A stretch of 50,167 nt of DNA from a virus (lineage: Duplodnaviria > Caudoviricetes): positions 1-50,167 of the IMG/VR virus record IMGVR_UViG_3300028581_000003; one strand, 5' to 3'. A model generated the notes under the pieces. It made no database searches and was not told the DNA's origin. It was given only the letters and a program-made list of their open reading frames with translations. A program made the translations under genes and the position numbers. Below are positions 44,106 through 50,167 of the stretch, piece after piece (positions within the stretch are counted from its first letter, which is position 1; each line of letters starts with the position of its first letter).

Positions 44106-45865
44106 TTTCTTTTCTTCCTCCGAGGTTTACTTAACTTTGTCATAATAACAAGCAGGACTGTAATTCCAATTCCACCGATAATTACATACATCCAAGGAAA
44201 TGGTTTTTCATCTTGACAAAATTGAGTGTTCCATCCACATATGGGATATGCTTGCCATAATGCTTTATCACAAGGTTGCTCTGGTATATCTTCACAGCTT
44301 TGTGGTTTTGGGGTGTCTCTTTCTTTAATATCCAAAGTAAATGCTTTTTCATCTCTTGCCATTGGATTGTTTAAAGAATACATTATCGCCAAGCAATTGT
44401 ATTTTCCGACATCAGCAACGAAATTAAGATTAACATAATCTTTTTCTCCAGCAGCTAAAGACTTTCTAACAGAGCCTAAAGATATTTCATTTCCACAATC
44501 CATATAAATGTCGAATGAATCCAATTCTTTTCCGATATTTTCTATATCAACTTTTACAAAAGAAGCTTCTCCGTCGAATATCTTTGGAGCGACTGTGACA
44601 TCATTTATTTTTGGATTTCCATTTGGAATAACAATTCCGATCCAAGATGCTTTCAAAGTTAATTGTAATTCGGGGTATATTATGTCCTGAGTCGGAGTGC
44701 AAACATATTGCATTCCTTGTATTACACAGTTGTCTTTTATATCCTCATCATAGATATTTCTATGTAAAGCATTTAATGTTGACATTTTATCCCAAAGAAC
44801 ATCAGCTCCAACTCCTGGGTCTGTAGCAACTGTTGCATAATAATTATTATCGAAATTTATCAATTCAAAAAATTTAGATTTGTAGTCATCATAATAATTT
44901 TTGCTTATAACTTTCATTGCGTTGGTGTTTAAATCTCTTACAACAGCTTTATCAACAGATGGCACTCCGCAATATTGCTGTGCAACCAAATTTCCTACCC
45001 ATTTAACTTTTCCAATGTCAGACAAAAATTTTGATGTCTCTTTATTTGATAGCACAGCTGAAACTTTATCACCTTCACTATTCTCGACAATTACCTCAAC
45101 TTCGAAAGTTGGAGAAGCGATTGTTCCAATCTTATATCCTGAAAACCAAGGAATGCCCCCGATGTGTGTAACTCTCCAGTGATCTCCATCCCATCCTTGC
45201 AATATTTCGGCAGGCATTGCATAACACCATTCAGAAGCTTCCATTCCAAGTTCAGGTCTTATTGGAGTTTGTTGTATATTAACAATTGAGTCACAACTTC
45301 CACCAGCTATTGCTGCTCCTGGAGATGCTGTATTTGTTCCTGTTGGTGCAAATACTTTATTGCAGAATTCAGGATTATGAACTCCTGCAACAAACCAATC
45401 TCCTCGACAATTTGCTTTTACAGTCTCTAAATTAATGTCGCCATAAGGACACGAACTTCTATCAGAGCAGCCCGACAAACATCTTTGACCACATAAAGAC
45501 TTTCTAACAGTAGCTTGATACATCTTATATATAGTTAAGTCATCAGCAGCAATATCATAATTGCAAGAAACATTTTTTAAATTAAAATAAACTTTAATTG
45601 GACCAGAAGGAATTTGTGTTAATCCATAACTCTTTAAATCTTCAGGAGTAATTTCTCCAGCCAAAGATTCACCGCCTTTATTAACAACCACATCAATTAA
45701 AAAAGCATTTTCACCTTGTGCATCAGGAGAATTTGTTAGAAACTTTGCATTCGAAATGCTTAAAATTGTTGCTCCTGAATAAGTTTGAGAAACTCCAAAA
45801 GCAAACAAACCTGCTACCACAATTAATGCTAGAGAAATCCATGCGATTTTATTGCTTTTTTTCAT
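44102..45865 (-). CDS. Secreted Cys-containing protein with C-terminal TM and basic tail (putative spike)
   Basis: N-terminal TM, Ig/CARDB-like VDIENIG region, TM plus KPRRKKRK. Confidence 0.85.
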   Translation of the reverse strand: MKKSNKIAWISLALIVVAGLFAFGVSQTYSGATILSISNAKFLTNSPDAQGENAFLIDVVVNKGGESLAGEITPEDLKSYGLTQIPSGPIKVYFNLKNVSCNYDIAADDLTIYKMYQATVRKSLCGQRCLSGCSDRSSCPYGDINLETVKANCRGDWFVAGVHNPEFCNKVFAPTGTNTASPGAAIAGGSCDSIVNIQQTPIRPELGMEASEWCYAMPAEILQGWDGDHWRVTHIGGIPWFSGYKIGTIASPTFEVEVIVENSEGDKVSAVLSNKETSKFLSDIGKVKWVGNLVAQQYCGVPSVDKAVVRDLNTNAMKVISKNYYDDYKSKFFELINFDNNYYATVATDPGVGADVLWDKMSTLNALHRNIYDEDIKDNCVIQGMQYVCTPTQDIIYPELQLTLKASWIGIVIPNGNPKINDVTVAPKIFDGEASFVKVDIENIGKELDSFDIYMDCGNEISLGSVRKSLAAGEKDYVNLNFVADVGKYNCLAIMYSLNNPMARDEKAFTLDIKERDTPKPQSCEDIPEQPCDKALWQAYPICGWNTQFCQDEKPFPWMYVIIGGIGITVLLVIMTKLSKPRRKKRK

Positions 45866-45885
45866 GTAATTACATATATATTTTA

Positions 45886-45908
45886 GTTTTTAAATATTAT
45901 TATTAATT
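45886..45908 (-). promoter_or_regulatory. Class B promoter
   Basis: AATTAATAATAATATTTAAAAAC, ATG 21 nt after its last base. Confidence 0.8.
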
Positions 45909-48900
45909 TTAGATAAAGATAATTGCTATAAAACTTATGATTACAGAGATTGCTATGCTTAAGAACAGTCTTATCTCTTTCAAAATCTTCATCTTTCGAA
46001 AAACAATATAATTGAAGAAAAAATATGAAATTAGAGAAAAGAGTGCAAAAATAATAAAGTAAGGCACTTTAATTACTTTTCCAAATATTGTAAGTTCTTT
46101 GTCTTTTCCAAGTTTAATTACAGTCTCGACGATTTGAGTTCCAGGAGCTCCAACTATTATTTTTAGAGTAATAATTGCATCTTTATTCTTTGCATCAACT
46201 GCTCTAATGTTGAGAAAATATTCTCCTTCTGTAATGTCTATCGGCAACTTTATTGAAAATGTTTTTTCAGTTATAAAATTGGATTGAACAGGCAATACAA
46301 ATGAGCTAGATTCAAAAGATAACCAAGAACAAGAGCTTAAACTTGAATTAGTAACTGAGCACTCTAATTTTATTGTTTGCTCTATCGTTCCTAAGTTTTC
46401 AAATTCAAAAGTTCCTGTTCTTTCTGCTCCTTGTGACATCTGAAAGTCAAATGCTTTTGTTTTTATTGACCATTTGCTTTCATTTGTATCTCCAACAACT
46501 ATTGTTGTTCCTCCGCTACCACCATTACTTCCCGGATTATTAATCACATCATTTTCCTGTGTTATTATAAAATCAGAATATGTTTGTCCAAGCAATCCAA
46601 GTGTATCATTTGCAAAAAGATTTATTCTATATTTCCATCTGCTTTCAGTATCATCCGGAGCTGCTAAAGTTATTGAAATGTTTTCACAATTTGCTAGACT
46701 TGTATTTGAAACTTTAGATTGCAAAGACGAAGTTAAGTTTTCTACATTATACCAACAAGCAGAAACTTGTGAGCGATTGATGGTGTGTTTAATTTGCATA
46801 AGATACTCTGTTAATTGTGAAACAAACACTGCATCGAATTGAGGCGTTGTTATTTCAAATCCAGGAGAGTTAATTTTAACAGATCTATTTGGTGTTATAG
46901 AGCAATAATCCAAGACATCACAAGCTTCTACATTAAACGTGTAATTGCCTGCTGTTAATCCATCAAAATAATGAAAGTTTGTTTCTGAGTTGTAAACTGT
47001 TGTTGCCACATTATTATTTTCATCAAATATTCTATAAGTTATGTTTTTGAAATTGTCATCATAAACAAACACATGAGCAAAGACTTGCCTTGTGTTGTAT
47101 AAATTTCCAAGTGATGATGTTGATAAAAAGTATAACTCCAAAGGTCTATTAATTGTCATTTTTCTCAGTTCTGTTGAATTTTGATTTCCAACAATATCGG
47201 ATGTATTAACTTGATAATAATAAATGTTTGAAGATAAGTTTGTGAAATTGTAAAATAAGGTATCATTTGTGAAACTTACATTTTTGACCAAGGACATGGA
47301 AATGTTGTAAAGACTAAATGTTATATTCTTTGGATTTATTTCTGTTCTGGAAATATTTACAAATATGCTGCTTTGATTTGTTAAAGTGTCATTTGCAGGT
47401 GTGTTTAATCCAAAAGATATTAATGGATTTTGAGAGTTTGTGTTTATTGTAAAGCTTCTTGAAAAATCCTCAGTGGAATAAGATGTATAATTTAAAGAAA
47501 CTTTGCTTAAATTCAAATAACCAGATCTAGAGGAAAATATTTCAATAGGAATTGTGCAATTTGAAAATGAAGTGCAGTTTGCAGATATAAGTGAAACATT
47601 CGTTGAACTTGAATGAAACTCTAAGGATGAAGATGCATTTGAGTATACAGTCTGACCACCAACTTTTATACTTACATTGCTTAATGCTTTGTATGTTGTT
47701 GTTGGAAGCCAAATTCCATCATTGCTCGAAAGCAATCCAGAGTCAACACCTATTAATTGAGCCTGAGTTGCAAAACCATATCTATTACTTCTTTCAGGGG
47801 CAACATATGGAGTTGTTAAGGTTATTGGATTATTTCCTATATTAAAAAAGCTCTTATCCACAGATACACAATACTTTCCAAAATTATAACAAGAACTTCC
47901 GCAAACATCTATTTCCCCACTTGTCCATGTTTTAACATTTACACCATTTACTGCCATGGTTATTGATTGAGAAGACTCTTGACATGCTAACATACAAATG
48001 CTTATATTGTTGTTTTCATATTCATCCCAATATGTATCACTTGAAATTGGTAGATTGTATGAGTTTGAAGTTGAATCAGAATAAGCTCCAATCATGTTAT
48101 CAGGAGCATAAGGAGAACATGTATCAAAAATGGTGTCATTAAATCGTGCAGTTGAAATGTTTGTCTTTTGAGATGAAAAGTTTAATAAGAAATTTGTTGC
48201 ATTGTAAAAGTTATTTGCTTTTATGTAGACTCTTGTTGTTTGATTTGCAGTTATAGGTAAAAATTTAGAAGTTGTCGAATCATTAAAGCCATTCAAAGAT
48301 ATGTTTGATCTGTCAAGTTTTTTCATCTCTACTTCAGAGGATACATCTTTCTTTAGTGAAAATAAAAAGTTAAATATCTTTTCTCCAACTCCAATTAACT
48401 TTTGAACTCCATCGACAAACCATTGAAAAGCACTCTCTTCGTCTTCTTCACCTTGATAAGTAAAGGTTACATTTGCATTTTCTTCCCAAGTTGAATTTCC
48501 CTCAACTTGCAAAACACAAGCTGTTGAGTTGCAAATGTTTGTTTGATACGGTGAATAAAATTCTCTTAATTCGGTCGAGTTTATATTTCCTGCCAAATCT
48601 TGAACATATGCTTTAATTGTATGATTTCCAGATTCAAATGTTTTATTGTAGAAAATGCTTGTTGAATTGTATAGTGCCATTATTTCTTGTGAGTCTAGAC
48701 TTCTATTAAAAATCATTACATCGTCTATTGAGCCGTTATAGGGAGATGCCCCATCACCACGATAACCTATTTGTCTTAAAATAGCAGGATTATCAAAAGT
48801 GTTGTTGATCATAACAGGAGAACCTATTGAACCATCAACACCACCGGTCATATGTGTTCCATTATAAGTATAAGTAATTAAATGCCATCCGGGATTCGTT

Positions 48901-50167
48901 GAAAATGAATAGGTCTTCAATTGGGTTGTATAGATAGACACTCTATTACCCCACAATGAAAATCCGCTTTCAGAAGTATCTCCCCTCATTAAATTCATAA
49001 GTCCGTAAAAGGGAACCCCGCCAGGTATTGGATAAACTGGATTAATCCACATACTTATTGTATATTGTGATAAGTTGTAATATCCAATACTTATATAATC
49101 ATTACTTCCATCAAAGCTAAACGCTTTCCCGAACTTTCCACTCGTAACCTGTGTTGCTCCTCCAATAGCAGTTCCATTATTTCTGCCCATATAATCAATA
49201 ACCTTTGTTCCAGTAGAATCCGTATCATCCATTCTCCACCACGAAACTAAAGAATTATCTATATCCAAAATAGTCGAAGAATTTGGAGCAGAAGCTGTGG
49301 AAAAATTTATTAAAATTTCTCTTTGCTGATAATAAGTATTATTTATAGGAGAATTGAAAATATACAAAGGAGAAATTCTATCAATTGCTAAAGTATTATT
49401 TTGGGTTTGATAGTTATTTCCAGACCAATCAAAGATGGAATAAAACCAATTGTAAGTTCCATCTACAAGTGTTATTACAATTCCTAAAGTTGATTGAGTG
49501 ACTCCCTCCACAAATGTTATTGTTTGATTTAAAACTCCATTTATCCACAGACTTGCGTTTTTAATTCCTGAGTTGTCCGAAACACTTGCTGTGAAATTAT
49601 GAGTTGCATTATTTGAATAAGTATTATTCGCAGGATTAATTAAAGTTCCAGATGGCAAAGATGTATCCAAAGTTATTGTCTGACTTGTCGAGCTTCCACA
49701 ATTATTTGCTAAATCACAAACTGTTGAATTATAAGTGTAAATTTCTGATAAAAGACTTGTCCAATTGATTGAATTTATGTTTGTCAAATAATTTGTTGAA
49801 TTAACCAGACTTGTGGAGTTGTAAAGATTGTAAGTTATATTTTTGAAGTTTATTTCTGTTACAGATGTGGAAATGGCAAACCAATTATTTGATGAGAATG
49901 TATTATTTTCAGGAGAAGTTATTGACACAACTGGATTTGTCGCATCGATTGTTAATGTATTGTTCGGAGAAGTGTATACATTTCCAGCAAAATCGTAAGA
50001 CTTATAATTCCAATACCAAACATTGTCCGAGATTCCTGTTATATAATTCGAATCAATGTAAGAAGCTGTTCCTGGAACAGTTGTATGTGAAAAGACACTT
50101 CCTAAAGAATTATACATTGTCATTGTAATGTTTTTTATCATAAAGTTATCTGTGATATTGGCAGTAA
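45909..50167 (-). CDS. C-terminal part of the giant surface glycoprotein (Ig-like repeats, LamG domain, two C-terminal TMs)
   Basis: Repeated DxxxP...P.N.T...G.Y.W...D.AGN Ig-like units; LVSWWRMD...GKFGKAFSFDG...NGSIDDVMIFNRSL LamG; true start is at 3683 across the junction. Confidence 0.92.
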   Translation of the reverse strand, partial: TANITDNFMIKNITMTMYNSLGSVFSHTTVPGTASYIDSNYITGISDNVWYWNYKSYDFAGNVYTSPNNTLTIDATNPVVSITSPENNTFSSNNWFAISTSVTEINFKNITYNLYNSTSLVNSTNYLTNINSINWTSLLSEIYTYNSTVCDLANNCGSSTSQTITLDTSLPSGTLINPANNTYSNNATHNFTASVSDNSGIKNASLWINGVLNQTITFVEGVTQSTLGIVITLVDGTYNWFYSIFDWSGNNYQTQNNTLAIDRISPLYIFNSPINNTYYQQREILINFSTASAPNSSTILDIDNSLVSWWRMDDTDSTGTKVIDYMGRNNGTAIGGATQVTSGKFGKAFSFDGSNDYISIGYYNLSQYTISMWINPVYPIPGGVPFYGLMNLMRGDTSESGFSLWGNRVSIYTTQLKTYSFSTNPGWHLITYTYNGTHMTGGVDGSIGSPVMINNTFDNPAILRQIGYRGDGASPYNGSIDDVMIFNRSLDSQEIMALYNSTSIFYNKTFESGNHTIKAYVQDLAGNINSTELREFYSPYQTNICNSTACVLQVEGNSTWEENANVTFTYQGEEDEESAFQWFVDGVQKLIGVGEKIFNFLFSLKKDVSSEVEMKKLDRSNISLNGFNDSTTSKFLPITANQTTRVYIKANNFYNATNFLLNFSSQKTNISTARFNDTIFDTCSPYAPDNMIGAYSDSTSNSYNLPISSDTYWDEYENNNISICMLACQESSQSITMAVNGVNVKTWTSGEIDVCGSSCYNFGKYCVSVDKSFFNIGNNPITLTTPYVAPERSNRYGFATQAQLIGVDSGLLSSNDGIWLPTTTYKALSNVSIKVGGQTVYSNASSSLEFHSSSTNVSLISANCTSFSNCTIPIEIFSSRSGYLNLSKVSLNYTSYSTEDFSRSFTINTNSQNPLISFGLNTPANDTLTNQSSIFVNISRTEINPKNITFSLYNISMSLVKNVSFTNDTLFYNFTNLSSNIYYYQVNTSDIVGNQNSTELRKMTINRPLELYFLSTSSLGNLYNTRQVFAHVFVYDDNFKNITYRIFDENNNVATTVYNSETNFHYFDGLTAGNYTFNVEACDVLDYCSITPNRSVKINSPGFEITTPQFDAVFVSQLTEYLMQIKHTINRSQVSACWYNVENLTSSLQSKVSNTSLANCENISITLAAPDDTESRWKYRINLFANDTLGLLGQTYSDFIITQENDVINNPGSNGGSGGTTIVVGDTNESKWSIKTKAFDFQMSQGAERTGTFEFENLGTIEQTIKLECSVTNSSLSSCSWLSFESSSFVLPVQSNFITEKTFSIKLPIDITEGEYFLNIRAVDAKNKDAIITLKIIVGAPGTQIVETVIKLGKDKELTIFGKVIKVPYFIIFALFSLISYFFFNYIVFRKMKILKEIRLFLSIAISVIISFIAIIFI
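50041..50167. repeat. Terminal direct repeat copy 2
   Basis: Identical to 1-127. Confidence 0.97.

Noticed and set aside
46474-50128. Plus-strand ORFs inside the giant gene and similar antisense ORFs elsewhere
   Set aside because: They overlap well-supported genes and lack SD or TATA signals and protein motifs
50041-50167. Biological terminal repeat of a linear genome
   Set aside because: The length equals a common k-mer and it falls in the middle of a continuous reading frame, so it is best explained as circular assembly overlap
41297-50167. Diversity-generating retroelement targeting the surface proteins
   Set aside because: No reverse transcriptase gene and no template/variable repeat pair seen
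1-50167. Alternative genetic code
   Set aside because: Conserved genes translate full-length under the standard code and end in ordinary stop codons, including TAA, TGA and TAG

Overview
The window looks like a complete circular virus or virus-like element of about 50,040 bp: bases 1-127 recur exactly at 50041-50167. It is strongly AT-rich (roughly 30% GC by eye) and its signals are archaeal: TTTAWAAA TATA boxes a fixed distance before leaderless ATGs, GGAGG/GGTGA Shine-Dalgarno sites, and secreted proteins rich in N-x-S/T sequons. A DPANN-type host (e.g. Pacearchaeota/Woesearchaeota) is a plausible inference but is not shown by the sequence. Replication and repair genes: family B DNA polymerase, AEP primase-RecA-like helicase fusion, ATP-dependent ligase, DenV-like glycosylase, tyrosine recombinase, HNH and PD-(D/E)XK nucleases. 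Directly upstream of polB lies a probable cytosine-modification cassette (MazG-like pyrophosphatase, thymidylate-synthase-fold enzyme with the dCMP-type Asp, and a possible degenerate partner). I could not recognise an HK97 capsid, portal, terminase or tail gene. Instead there is an FtsK/HerA-type ATPase, many membrane-anchored glycoproteins (including a ~2,604-aa protein that spans the circular junction and is only partly shown in the ORF track) and a CPBP-like intramembrane protease, which suggests an enveloped or budding virion. Also present: an atypical tRNA(CAU), a cassette-like array of micro-genes, a stand-alone NrdD glycyl-radical peptide beside a half-ferritin, and two conserved promoter classes. 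All family calls are from motif recognition by eye; no searches were run.
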